64,000 nucleotides of DNA from an uncultured Coprobacillus sp. (GCA_964389905.1 CAYMGD010000001.1:47334-111333), one strand, 5' to 3'; positions 1 through 9,318 are shown, numbered from the stretch's first letter. Notes: generated by a model from the sequence alone, not told the origin. A program made the numbers and translations.

Positions 1-1143
1 AGAGGCTGTTTAGCTCATAGGTGTGAAGATGTTTGTAAAAGAGGTGCTATTACTTTTGATAGCAATCACGTGGCAAAAATTGATAAGAGTAAATGCATTG
101 AATGTGGTCAATGTGCTAAGGTATGCCCATATAGTGCCATTCATAACTACAAAAGGCCATGCGAAGTTGCTTGCAAAGTAAAAGCAATTTCTATGGGACA
201 AAACAAAGAAGCACAAATAAATAATGAAAAATGTATCGCTTGTGGGGCATGTGTTTATCAATGCCCATTTGGGGCTATAACTGACAAATCTTATATCATT
301 GATGTCATTGATCTCATCAAGAAAAGCAATAATAATCAAAATTATAAAGTATATGCTATTGTTGCTCCATCTGTATCAAGTCAATTCAAATATGCTAAAT
401 TAGGACAAGTTATAACAGGTTTAAAGAACTTAGGCTTTTATACAGTTATTGAAGCTGCACTAGGAGCTGATATGGTAGCTGCAAAAGAAGCTATAGAACT
501 AACAGAAAAAGGTTTCCTTACAAGTAGCTGTTGCCCAGCATTTGTTGATTACATCAACAAAGAATTTCCAAGTTTAGTGCAATATATTTCTCATAATTTA
601 TCGCCAATGGCCATTTTAGCAAAATACATAAAACAAGGCGATGAAAACTGTAAAGTTGTCTTTATCGGTCCGTGTACAGCTAAAAAGAAAGAAGCTAAAC
701 AAGAAAATGTCAAAGAGTATGTTGATGGTGTATTAACCTTCGAAGAGTTGCAAGCTTTATTCGATAGTAAAGATATAGATATCACAACACTTGAAGAAAG
801 TATCTTAAATAATGCTTCATACTATGGGAGAATCTTTGCTAGGTCTGGAGGCTTAACACAAGCTATTGAACAAGGTTTAAAAGAAAATAATTTGAATGAT
901 TTTAAGTTAAAAGCTACAGTATGTGATGGTATAGATGAATGTAGATTAGCACTTTTAAAGAAAAATAAAGGTTTATTAGATGCAAATTTCATCGAAGGAA
1001 TGGCTTGTAGTGGAGGATGCATTGGCGGAGCAGGTTGCTTGACTCACGGAGAGAAAAACAAATCTGAAGTCGACAAATATGGTAGTGAAGCTTTTGAAAA
1101 AACAATTAACGATGCTATTAAAGTCCTTGACCTTAATAAATAA
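1..1143 (+). CDS. [FeFe]-hydrogenase-like protein, 5' partial (ORF open to window start). Ferredoxin-type 4Fe-4S motifs plus H-cluster-like motifs.
   Basis: The frame is open from nt 1 through the annotated start at 70. Two CxxCxxCxxxCP ferredoxin motifs (CIECGQCAKVCP, CIACGACVYQCP). H-cluster signatures TSSCCPAF (L1), GPCTAKKKE (L2) and EGMACSGGCIGGAG (L3). Confidence 0.6.
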   Translation, partial: RGCLAHRCEDVCKRGAITFDSNHVAKIDKSKCIECGQCAKVCPYSAIHNYKRPCEVACKVKAISMGQNKEAQINNEKCIACGACVYQCPFGAITDKSYIIDVIDLIKKSNNNQNYKVYAIVAPSVSSQFKYAKLGQVITGLKNLGFYTVIEAALGADMVAAKEAIELTEKGFLTSSCCPAFVDYINKEFPSLVQYISHNLSPMAILAKYIKQGDENCKVVFIGPCTAKKKEAKQENVKEYVDGVLTFEELQALFDSKDIDITTLEESILNNASYYGRIFARSGGLTQAIEQGLKENNLNDFKLKATVCDGIDECRLALLKKNKGLLDANFIEGMACSGGCIGGAGCLTHGEKNKSEVDKYGSEAFEKTINDAIKVLDLNK

Positions 1144-1165
1144 TATAGAAAGAGATAAATAATAA

Positions 1166-1702
1166 ATGTATAATGATTTAATTACTTATAAAAACATAGT
1201 AATAAGAAGTGCTACCACAAAAGACGCAAAAACACTAGCAAACTGGTGGAACGATGGAAAAGTAATGGCACATGCAGGTTTTCCTAATGGTTTATTTATC
1301 ACCGAAGAAAGAGTAATAGAACAAATCAACTCAAATGATGGAAAACACAGATTAATAATTGAAATAGATAATCTTCCTATTGGGGAAATGTGTTACAAGG
1401 AATTAATCAATAAAAATGTTGAAATTGGAATAAAGATTTGTGATTTTACAAAACAAAACCAAGGATATGGTAAAGTAATTATAAGTATGTTAATAAATTA
1501 TTTGTTTAATGAAGGTTATCAAAAAATAATACTTGATACCAACTTAAAGAATACACGTGCTCAACATGTCTATGAAAGATTAGGTTTTCAAAAAGTAAAA
1601 GTAAACATCAATAGTTGGAAAAACCAATTAGGCGAACTAGAAAGTAGTGTTGATTACGAACTAACAAAAGAAAAATTTAATAGTTTTATTAAAGGAAAAT
1701 AG
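1166..1702 (+). CDS. GNAT family N-acetyltransferase
   Basis: 178 aa with acetyl-CoA binding motif QGYGKVIISMLINYLF and RAQHVYERLGF. RBS-like AGAGA upstream. Confidence 0.65.
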   Translation: MYNDLITYKNIVIRSATTKDAKTLANWWNDGKVMAHAGFPNGLFITEERVIEQINSNDGKHRLIIEIDNLPIGEMCYKELINKNVEIGIKICDFTKQNQGYGKVIISMLINYLFNEGYQKIILDTNLKNTRAQHVYERLGFQKVKVNINSWKNQLGELESSVDYELTKEKFNSFIKGK

Positions 1703-1726
1703 TCCTCGTGTGAGGACTATTTTTTA
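1701..1726 (+). terminator. Rho-independent terminator (AGTCCTC-GTGT-GAGGACT + T-run)
   Basis: Perfect 7-bp stem, 4-nt loop, then ATTTTTT directly after the GNAT stop. Confidence 0.7.
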
Positions 1727-1773
1727 GGAAGTGTTAATAAATATGATTTGAATAGAACTTAAATAAATAAAAT

Positions 1774-2151
1774 TTATAAAGGTTTGTTAATTTTTGAAAC
1801 ATGATTTTTAATAGCTTCAAATGTCTCTTTTGATAAATCGTGTTCAATCTTACAAGCATCTGCTTTAGCAATTTCTTCTGAAACACCTAAGGCCATAAAG
1901 TATTGTGTTAGAAGAGTATGTCTTTCGTAAATATTTGTGGCAATATCTAGCCCTTTTTGGGTTAGCTCGATTTCACCATTTGCACCAATGATAATATAGT
2001 TATTCTCTCTAAGGTTTTTCATAGCTCGAGAAATACTAGGTTTACTATAATTCATTGAATTTGCAATATCAATGGAAATTACTTTTCCGTTTTCTTTTTT
2101 TAGAATAAGTATTCTTTCTAAATAATCTTCAGCAGATTCATAGATTCGCAT
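1774..2151 (-). CDS. DtxR/MntR-family metal-dependent transcriptional repressor
   Basis: 125 aa. N-terminal wHTH (SISRAMKNLRENNYII) and DtxR-like dimerisation/metal-site region (ERHTLLTQYFMALGVSEEIAKADACKIEH). Confidence 0.7.
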   Translation of the reverse strand: MRIYESAEDYLERILILKKENGKVISIDIANSMNYSKPSISRAMKNLRENNYIIIGANGEIELTQKGLDIATNIYERHTLLTQYFMALGVSEEIAKADACKIEHDLSKETFEAIKNHVSKINKPL

Positions 2152-2249
2152 AAAAAACCTCCCAACATTAATACTATTTTATTTTAACATAATAAATGCA
2201 AAAAAGCAATTATTTGATAAAACTAATTAAAAAAATTATCATTTAAAAT

Positions 2250-2278
2250 TTGTAATAAGAAAATCATTGTGCTATAAT
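2250..2278 (+). promoter_or_regulatory. Sigma-70-like promoter (TTGTAA -17- TATAAT) for the HD-like gene
   Basis: Hexamers with a 17-nt spacer, about 30 nt upstream of the 2308 start. Confidence 0.4.
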
Positions 2279-2307
2279 TAACACAATATTATGAAAAGGA
2301 TAGAATT

Positions 2308-3408
2308 ATGAAGAAAAATTCAAATAATAATTCTGTATATGAAAAAATTATAACAGCACTTAAAAGCCGAAAAGAAAAACTGATTGAATGGGATAAAGCA
2401 GCAGATAATTTTGCAAATACAGGAAGAATTGCAAAAGAAAACACTATTGAAAAGTTTATTAATAATGAAGTTAAAGCTGCAGAATATATAAATAGATTAT
2501 TAAACACAATAGGGCTAAAAAATATTCAAATTAATAAAGATGAAGTCAAAGAAAGTATAACTGATAGATATTCACATACTTTATTTACCTTTTTATTAGG
2601 ACTTTTAATATGTAAATTTAATAATTTAGAGGAAAAAATAGAAAACCATTATAAGAAGTATTTTGATAATCAAGAAGATGTTTTTCTTAAAGTATGGATT
2701 TTTACAGCAATATTTCATGATATTGGGTATGTTTATATTAGAAAGAATAATGCAAGAGGAATAACGAAGTTATCAGAAATAAATGCAAATAATAATATAT
2801 TTGATTATAAAGAAGGTAATGAAAAAACTCGTTATTCGCAAGATTTATTTGAAAATTATTTTAGTGCATATGCAAAATCAAAAACACTAGAAACAGAATA
2901 TTTGGAACATGGAATAACTGGTGGCTATGTTTTATTTAATAAGTTATTAGAAAGTAAAATAAAGTTGGAAGGTGTAAAAGAAAATTATCTTTACCAAAAT
3001 ATTTGCTATAGAATTATGGAACATAATATATGGAAAATAACTGATGATGCATTCTTTAAAGACTTCAATAAGCAGTTATTTAGAGAAATATCAGAAGATA
3101 ACTTTACAAAAATAGATGATAGCGAACCTTTGCTTTTTCTCCTAGCGTTATGTGATTCAATAGAACATGTAAAAAGGCTTTGGACAGCGAATAAAAACAA
3201 TGGTGAGAGAAATACACGGGTGCTAACTTTCGCAAAGAAAATAGAAATAGATGTAACTGAAGAATCAATAATTATAAGTTACAATAATGTGAAAGATGCT
3301 TTAGGCTTTGAAAGATGGAAAAGTGGCATAGAAGGATTAAGTGCTTGGCTTAATGTTAAATATAAAGATGAAAATAACCAGTGGGAGATAACTATTGATA
3401 AGAAGTAA
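2308..3408 (+). CDS. HD-domain-like hypothetical protein, paralog A (H..HD..H..H..D pattern)
   Basis: 366 aa. Motifs SHTLFTF, IFHDIGY, LEHGITGG, IMEHNIW, LCDSIEH. Clear paralog of 15511..16650 (shared HTLFTF-LG-LL-CKF, FLKVW, IFHD-GY, YLEHG-GGYVLF, YQNICYRIMEHNIWKITDD, EPLLFLL-LCD-IEHVK). Confidence 0.45.
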   Translation: MKKNSNNNSVYEKIITALKSRKEKLIEWDKAADNFANTGRIAKENTIEKFINNEVKAAEYINRLLNTIGLKNIQINKDEVKESITDRYSHTLFTFLLGLLICKFNNLEEKIENHYKKYFDNQEDVFLKVWIFTAIFHDIGYVYIRKNNARGITKLSEINANNNIFDYKEGNEKTRYSQDLFENYFSAYAKSKTLETEYLEHGITGGYVLFNKLLESKIKLEGVKENYLYQNICYRIMEHNIWKITDDAFFKDFNKQLFREISEDNFTKIDDSEPLLFLLALCDSIEHVKRLWTANKNNGERNTRVLTFAKKIEIDVTEESIIISYNNVKDALGFERWKSGIEGLSAWLNVKYKDENNQWEITIDKK

Positions 3409-3543
3409 TTTCATAAACATAAGATTATTTTAAATGTCTTATGTTTTTTTTATTGTTAACTGAAAATGTAGTTCAATTAATCTAGGCGTTTTCTAGGGAT
3501 AAAAGGGTAAAAACACAAATGAATATGGGATTCTGGGTAAATC

Positions 3544-3648
3544 TTAGGCACTTTTAGAAACAACAAGTGTTGCTCCCAGAAATATGCCATAAAGAACTGC
3601 AATAAGTCCTGTGTGACAGCGAAAAAGTTGATTTATATGTTTATTCAT
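3544..3648 (-). CDS. Possible small hydrophobic peptide (34 aa, one TM helix), unannotated
   Basis: Minus-strand ATG with a GGGGAAAC RBS. MNKHINQLFRCHTGLIAVLYGIFLGATLVVSKSA. Lies in the 470-nt intergenic region between the HD-like and SIR2-like genes. Confidence 0.2.
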   Translation of the reverse strand: MNKHINQLFRCHTGLIAVLYGIFLGATLVVSKSA

Positions 3649-3843
3649 TTAAGTTTCCCCATTTTTTATTAATATTATTTTTTTATATATTTTGTTAAGG
3701 TTATTACTTTAAAATATGATTAGAGCTATATATTTAATGTTCAAATTTAGTGAATAATTCATGAAATTTGCAATTTGAAACATCGATTTTCAATAAAAAT
3801 AGAACTTATAAAAAATTTGGGGAAACTCAAAGTTTATTCATCG

Positions 3844-3871
3844 TTGACAAATGAGGGGGGGGGTATAAAAT
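3844..3871 (+). promoter_or_regulatory. Promoter with a G9 homopolymer in the -35/-10 spacer (candidate phase-variable promoter)
   Basis: TTGACA (3844-3849), then a spacer containing GGGGGGGGG (3855-3863), then TATAAAAT/TATAAT, then ATG at 3881. Confidence 0.5.
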
Positions 3872-3880
3872 ATAATATAT

Positions 3881-5203
3881 ATGAAGGGGAAAAATACGTA
3901 TAATAAAATGGAAGAACAGAAGCATAATAAAATAACATTTATATTTGGAGCAGGTGCTGAAGGAAAGGATTATGGTTTATCTTGTGGGAATGAATTTAAA
4001 AAGAATATATTACTGTGTGAAAATGTTTTGCAAATTTATAAGTTAATTAATAATGAAGATAGATTAATTCCATTAAAAAATGGGTTATTGATAAGGCATA
4101 ATTCAAGTAGTACTTTATATCAAACTCTAAAAGAAAATGAATCTACTTTTACTGATAAATTTTCAGGTAAAACAAAAAGAATTATTAATAACTATTTTAA
4201 TTACAAAATTGGCAAATGCAATAAAGAAGAAAAAAAGATATATCCAAAAGAATTTCACAATTTGTTTAAAACGGAAATATATAATAAGTTAAAAAATAGT
4301 AACAAAACTTCATATAGTAAAATACTTGATTTTTATCTAAATAATTTGTCATTTTGTTCGTTTGTAGATTCTTTATTCAATTATTTAAGGGATACAAATA
4401 ATTACCCTAAAGAATGTGCTAGAGTAATAAAACTATATTATTCTGCTTTTGTCTCCATTATTTCATGTTTAGATGAAAACTTTTTGGCAAATACTGAAAA
4501 AATATGTGCTGACAAGGATATAATGACAAATAGAAAAATAATAATTGAAGAAATTGATGAATATATTGAAAAAAGAAAAGAAAAAGTTGAAAAGGAACAT
4601 AAAGAAAATGGTTCGGCTGAAGAAAAACAAAAACCATATTATGAAATATTAAAAGAGAAAATTAGTGAAAACAAACAAAACTTTCCAATAAGAGTAATAA
4701 CAACAAATTATACATCTATTTGTCAGAAAGTATTAGGCCTAGATGATAATTACATTGCATACGTACATGGTAAATTGAATTTATTTGAAAACTTAAAAAC
4801 TAAAGAAATAAAAGATATAAGGGAATTTAATAAAGATGATATTATTTTCCCCTATATGATGGTACAAAGTGGTGTTAAACCTGTTATTTCTCCTTACCAA
4901 ATAAAAGAATGGCACAAAGCAATAGAATTTTTAGAAAATAGTGAGTATATATTTGTATTAGGATATAGTTTTAAATCTGATGACGAACACTTTCAAACAA
5001 TAATAAGAGATAGCATCAATAATAAAATAATGGTATTTTTCTTATATGTTGAAGAAAAGAATAATGATACTCAAAAAACAAAAAATGAACTAGAAAGTAA
5101 GTTTAAATCAAAAGCAAAGAATATTTACTTTTTTAATACAAAAGAATTTGAAGAAATAATAAAAAAAGTAATTAATAATGAAAAATTAATTTCATCAATA
5201 TAA
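3881..5203 (+). CDS. SIR2-like (SIR2_2/DHS-like NAD-binding) domain protein A
   Basis: 440 aa, no signal peptide. Motifs FIFGAGAEGKDYGL, ITTNYTSI, YVHGKLN, VLGYSFKSDDEHF match the four SIR2_2 signature blocks (GAGxS, TTNYD, HG, GYSxxD). Putative catalytic N and H are present. Confidence 0.55.
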   Translation: MKGKNTYNKMEEQKHNKITFIFGAGAEGKDYGLSCGNEFKKNILLCENVLQIYKLINNEDRLIPLKNGLLIRHNSSSTLYQTLKENESTFTDKFSGKTKRIINNYFNYKIGKCNKEEKKIYPKEFHNLFKTEIYNKLKNSNKTSYSKILDFYLNNLSFCSFVDSLFNYLRDTNNYPKECARVIKLYYSAFVSIISCLDENFLANTEKICADKDIMTNRKIIIEEIDEYIEKRKEKVEKEHKENGSAEEKQKPYYEILKEKISENKQNFPIRVITTNYTSICQKVLGLDDNYIAYVHGKLNLFENLKTKEIKDIREFNKDDIIFPYMMVQSGVKPVISPYQIKEWHKAIEFLENSEYIFVLGYSFKSDDEHFQTIIRDSINNKIMVFFLYVEEKNNDTQKTKNELESKFKSKAKNIYFFNTKEFEEIIKKVINNEKLISSI

Positions 5204-5219
5204 ACAACAGGAGGACAAA

Positions 5220-7955
5220 ATGAAAACAAAGAAATTAATAATTGTTTTATTATTTGTATTGTTATTAGGAATAGGTTGTAACCAAAATAATAATGAAGGT
5301 AGCAAATGTAAGCATGAAATTGAAAGCGTTGCAAAACAAGATGCAACGTGTACAAAAGAAGGTAATCAAGAATATTATCATTGCACTAAATGCAATAAAT
5401 ATTATACTGACAAAGAATTAACTAATGAAAAAACATATGAAGAGTTAGTTATACAAAAAACAAAACATACTGAATCCGATTGGATTATTGATAATAATGC
5501 ATCTTGTACTGAAAAAGGACTAAAACATAAGGAATGTACAGTTTGCAAAGAAAAACTTCAAGAGGAATCGATAGATATTATTAAGCATAACTATACTGAA
5601 ATTATTATTGCACCTACTTGTGATACGCAAGGATATACTCTTTATACATGTAGTTGTGGCGATGAATATAAAGATAATTATGTTGATGCTATAGGACATA
5701 ATTATAGTGATTGGGAAATACTTAATGAAGCAACTGAAAAAGAAACAGGCTTAAAGATGAGGAAATGCTTAGTTTGTAATAAACAAGAAACAGAGATTAT
5801 ACCAATGGTTAGTCATATACATAATTATACCGAAAGCACTATTGCACCAACTTGTGATACGCAAGGGTACACATTACATACATGTGCTTGCGGGGATAAT
5901 TATAAAGATAATTATTTGAGTGCAATGGGGCACACATATAATGATGAAGGTAAAATAATACTTTTAGAAAATGATAAGAAAGCTGTAACAAGATATACTT
6001 GTGATAAATGCTCATATTTCAAAGATGAAGTATACTCTGGATACTATTTACAAAGTAATGGTTTGTTTTACTTTGATTATTTTGGGAATAGAATTGATTT
6101 GAATGAAATATTTGTTGAAGTTAATGGTAATACATATTATGTAATCAACAATATAATTGTAAAAAATTATTATATGATTGATGGGACAATATATAATTTT
6201 GGTAGTGATGGTATAAAACAAGATACAATTCTTACAAACAAAATCATAACATACGGAAATGATAAATATTATGTCATTAATAATGTAATACAAAAGAATA
6301 CGTACGAAGTATATGAACAAAATATTTATTACTTTGATGAAAATGGAAAAGCTATAAAAAATACTTCATATGAAGGCTATACTTTTGGTGTGAGTGGATA
6401 TTTATTAGGAAATGATATATTAATTAAAATTAATAATGTATTATACTATGTAGTTAACAATTCAGCAAGTGTTCATAATCATACAATAGAAAATAGTCAA
6501 TATAAAGCAGCAACTTGCACAGAAAATGGTAATTATGAATATTATCACTGTACAGAATGCAATAGATATTATTCAGATAGTAATTATATGAAGGAAATTA
6601 ATGCTGATGAAATTGTTATAAAAGCAAAACATAAAGTTACAAAATATGAAAGAAAAGAAAATACTTGCGTTGATAATGGAAACATAGAGTATTTCCACTG
6701 TACAAAATGTAATAAGTATTATCAAGATAGTTCTTGTACAAAGCAAATAGAATACGAAGATACTATTATAAAAGCATCACATAATATTACTAAATATGAA
6801 GGTAAAGAATCAACTTGTACTGAACAAGGATATAAAGCATATGAAAAATGTGCAAACTGTTCATATACAACATTTGAGTCTCTTCCATTAAAAGAGCATA
6901 CACTAACTGATTGGATAATAGATACAGAAGCAACTTGCACACAAACAGGAAGTAAACATAAAGAATGTAGTGCTTGTATGAAGATAATTGAAACAGAAAC
7001 AATTGCTGCTTTAGGGCATAATTATGTCAGTAATGTATGTACAAACTGTGAAAAAATGAAAGTAGAAATTAAAGATGGATATATTTATTTTGGTGAGTAT
7101 CCTCAAACACTAAAAGAAAAAACTGTGAAAATAACAAGCACTGAACCAGATGCTGATGGCTACTATTTAGGAAGTGATGGTGAAAGATATGCTAGGGTTA
7201 CTGCTAAACCTTATAAAAATACATATTACTTTAATGACAAAGTAACTAGTATTATTGATGGTGTAACATATTACTTCAAAGTAGAACCAATTAAATGGAA
7301 AATTGAAGAAGAAGGTAGTGGCCCATATAAACTAATAAGTGATCTAATTATAGATTGCCAAATGTATTATTCATCATTAGATAACAGAACAATAGATGGA
7401 CAAACAATATACGCTAATAACTATAAATATTCTGATATAAGAAGTTGGTTAAATAATGAATTTATAAACAAAGCATTTACTGAAGACCTTCAAGAATACA
7501 TAAATACGATAGGCGTATATAATGGGGCATCATCAATGGGGGCTTCAAGTGATAAATTTGCATGTGAGAATACATATGATAAAGTGTATTTACCAAGTTA
7601 TCAAGAAATGGTAAATGTGAATTATGGCTATAGTAAAAGTGTTTCTGACTCTGATTCAGCAAGACGAAAACAAGTAACAGATTATGCTAAAGCAATGGGT
7701 TGTTATATGAATACTGGAAGTACATATTATAATAATGGTTATTATTGGCTTCGTTCACCTATTATTTATAAAGGTACAACTTATTATAATAAAGATTATA
7801 GTTCATGTAGTTATTGTGCATATAGTATAGATTATTATGGAGATATTGCTAATGGTGTATATTCTACATCGGAAGGAATTTTTTATTTTCAAAATCACGA
7901 AGTAAATAAAGAATATCGTGGTGTTGCCCCCGCTTTAACAATCCAAATCTACTAA
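5220..7955 (+). CDS. Cys-rich repeat surface lipoprotein A with a C-terminal C-type-lectin-fold (DUF1566/FGE-like) domain. Carries a degenerate VR-like 3' end.
   Basis: 911 aa. Signal peptide plus lipobox LLLGIGCN. Repeated CxxxGxxEYYHCTKCNKYY and HNYTE-I-APTC-GYT-H-C-CGD-YKD-Y modules. C-terminus YIYFGEYPQTLKE...DYAKAMG...YYWLRS...GVAPALTIQIY is paralogous to the DGR target 9319..13683. RBS AGGAGG 8 nt upstream. Sits 17 nt after the SIR2-like gene. Confidence 0.6.
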   Translation: MKTKKLIIVLLFVLLLGIGCNQNNNEGSKCKHEIESVAKQDATCTKEGNQEYYHCTKCNKYYTDKELTNEKTYEELVIQKTKHTESDWIIDNNASCTEKGLKHKECTVCKEKLQEESIDIIKHNYTEIIIAPTCDTQGYTLYTCSCGDEYKDNYVDAIGHNYSDWEILNEATEKETGLKMRKCLVCNKQETEIIPMVSHIHNYTESTIAPTCDTQGYTLHTCACGDNYKDNYLSAMGHTYNDEGKIILLENDKKAVTRYTCDKCSYFKDEVYSGYYLQSNGLFYFDYFGNRIDLNEIFVEVNGNTYYVINNIIVKNYYMIDGTIYNFGSDGIKQDTILTNKIITYGNDKYYVINNVIQKNTYEVYEQNIYYFDENGKAIKNTSYEGYTFGVSGYLLGNDILIKINNVLYYVVNNSASVHNHTIENSQYKAATCTENGNYEYYHCTECNRYYSDSNYMKEINADEIVIKAKHKVTKYERKENTCVDNGNIEYFHCTKCNKYYQDSSCTKQIEYEDTIIKASHNITKYEGKESTCTEQGYKAYEKCANCSYTTFESLPLKEHTLTDWIIDTEATCTQTGSKHKECSACMKIIETETIAALGHNYVSNVCTNCEKMKVEIKDGYIYFGEYPQTLKEKTVKITSTEPDADGYYLGSDGERYARVTAKPYKNTYYFNDKVTSIIDGVTYYFKVEPIKWKIEEEGSGPYKLISDLIIDCQMYYSSLDNRTIDGQTIYANNYKYSDIRSWLNNEFINKAFTEDLQEYINTIGVYNGASSMGASSDKFACENTYDKVYLPSYQEMVNVNYGYSKSVSDSDSARRKQVTDYAKAMGCYMNTGSTYYNNGYYWLRSPIIYKGTTYYNKDYSSCSYCAYSIDYYGDIANGVYSTSEGIFYFQNHEVNKEYRGVAPALTIQIY

Positions 7956-8081
7956 AAGGAGCCTAATCATAAATTTAGGTAAAATACTAAAAAATGGAAT
8001 AAGATTAATTAGAAGAACATAAATCACAAAATTTTATTAAGTATTATAAAAAGAAAAAATTACATTAAGGAGTAATATTAT

Positions 8082-9287
8082 ATGAAAAATGCCTTTTTCT
8101 TTGGAGCAGGTGCGGAAGATATCTATGGTTTACCACTAGGTGGTGAATATGTGTTAGATACTATGATGACAAAAAAGCCAAAATTATATGATGAATTAGA
8201 AAAGTTTTACGAAGGTTCAAAAATAGAATATCAAAAGGAATTTCTATTTTCTTCAAATAGTAACACGTTTGCAAATATTTTATTGGATGCATATAAGACT
8301 TTTATAAATGAAAAAGATTATAAAAAAGATGAAAACTGTTTAATAGAAAAGATATTTAAAGATGTTGATTTTAAGTATGATGAATCTAAAAAAAAGGAAG
8401 ATATTCTAAAGAAAATAAAAGATAATTTAAGTCAAGAAAAAGATAAAGAACAATTGTTTGATATCATAATTAACAGAAAATATAATGATTCAGAATTGGA
8501 CAAGTTTTTTAAAAAATTAAAATATTATGGAACAATAGAAAAAGATTTTTCTTGCTTGCTTGATTATAATGCATATATAAAAAGAGCCTCAAGACTAATT
8601 AATTATTTTTGGAGCTGTTATTTTTCTATTTTTATACCATATCTAAAAGCATATTATGGAGAAGAAAAATTTTATAAAGAACTTTTTAATAAAGAAAATG
8701 GTAAATATAAATTTTTAAAAATTATAGAAGAATTAAAAAAAGCAAATATAAGTGATTTTAAAACAAAAAATAATGAAAAAAGTTATTACCAAGTCATAGC
8801 TGAAAAGTATACAGATAATACTTTTGCCATTACAACAAATTACACTTTCTTTGTTGAAAAAGCTTTTAAAAATAATATTTATTTAGCAGGCAAATTAGAC
8901 GAATTTGAGGAAATTGATACATTTATGGTTTCAAATGAATTGAGCAATAATTCTATTCCATTTTTATATACACAAGCTCCAATTAAACCAATTATTGCAT
9001 ATAAAACTATTGAAAAGTATTATAATGCGATGAATGAGATGAAAAATGCTAATAATATTTTTGTTATTGGGTATGGCTTTTGTAACGAGGATTCACACAT
9101 AAAAACGTTATTTTTAGAACTTAGACAACAAAATAAAAACTTAAACATAATTTATTGTGATTATGGAAGTAATGTGGAAAAAAATAGTAAATTTGAAGAG
9201 TATTTAAAAAAATTAAATGCCAAAATTGAATCATACAGTAATTGTGAAGAACTAATGAAAATAATTGATAAATATCAAATAAATTAA
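8082..9287 (+). CDS. SIR2-like (SIR2_2) domain protein B
   Basis: 401 aa. Motifs FFFGAGAEDIYGL, ITTNYTFF, VIGYGFCNEDSH. The HG position reads YLAGKL, so the conserved His appears to be replaced. Confidence 0.5.
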   Translation: MKNAFFFGAGAEDIYGLPLGGEYVLDTMMTKKPKLYDELEKFYEGSKIEYQKEFLFSSNSNTFANILLDAYKTFINEKDYKKDENCLIEKIFKDVDFKYDESKKKEDILKKIKDNLSQEKDKEQLFDIIINRKYNDSELDKFFKKLKYYGTIEKDFSCLLDYNAYIKRASRLINYFWSCYFSIFIPYLKAYYGEEKFYKELFNKENGKYKFLKIIEELKKANISDFKTKNNEKSYYQVIAEKYTDNTFAITTNYTFFVEKAFKNNIYLAGKLDEFEEIDTFMVSNELSNNSIPFLYTQAPIKPIIAYKTIEKYYNAMNEMKNANNIFVIGYGFCNEDSHIKTLFLELRQQNKNLNIIYCDYGSNVEKNSKFEEYLKKLNAKIESYSNCEELMKIIDKYQIN

Positions 9288-9318
9288 TATGAATTATAAG
9301 TAAATAACAGGAGGAAAA

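Noticed and set aside
10-339. 109-aa minus-strand ORF inside the hydrogenase-like gene
   Set aside because: Antisense to a well-supported CDS with conserved Fe-S motifs. Typical AT-rich shadow ORF. The same applies to the other 60-100-aa antisense ORFs inside long genes (e.g. 591..785, 822..1022, 6048..6320, 11551..11775, 12146..12448, 13223..13468, 21988..22263, 31309..31641, 56598..56858).
3409-3880. Searched for tRNA, CRISPR or other structured RNA in the long intergenic gaps (3409-3880, 28180-28500, 29560-29900, 36500-37100, 40500-41400)
   Set aside because: No cloverleaf-like arms with a GTTC/T-loop signature and no regularly spaced direct repeats of CRISPR type were found by eye. These gaps look like AT-rich promoter or remnant DNA.
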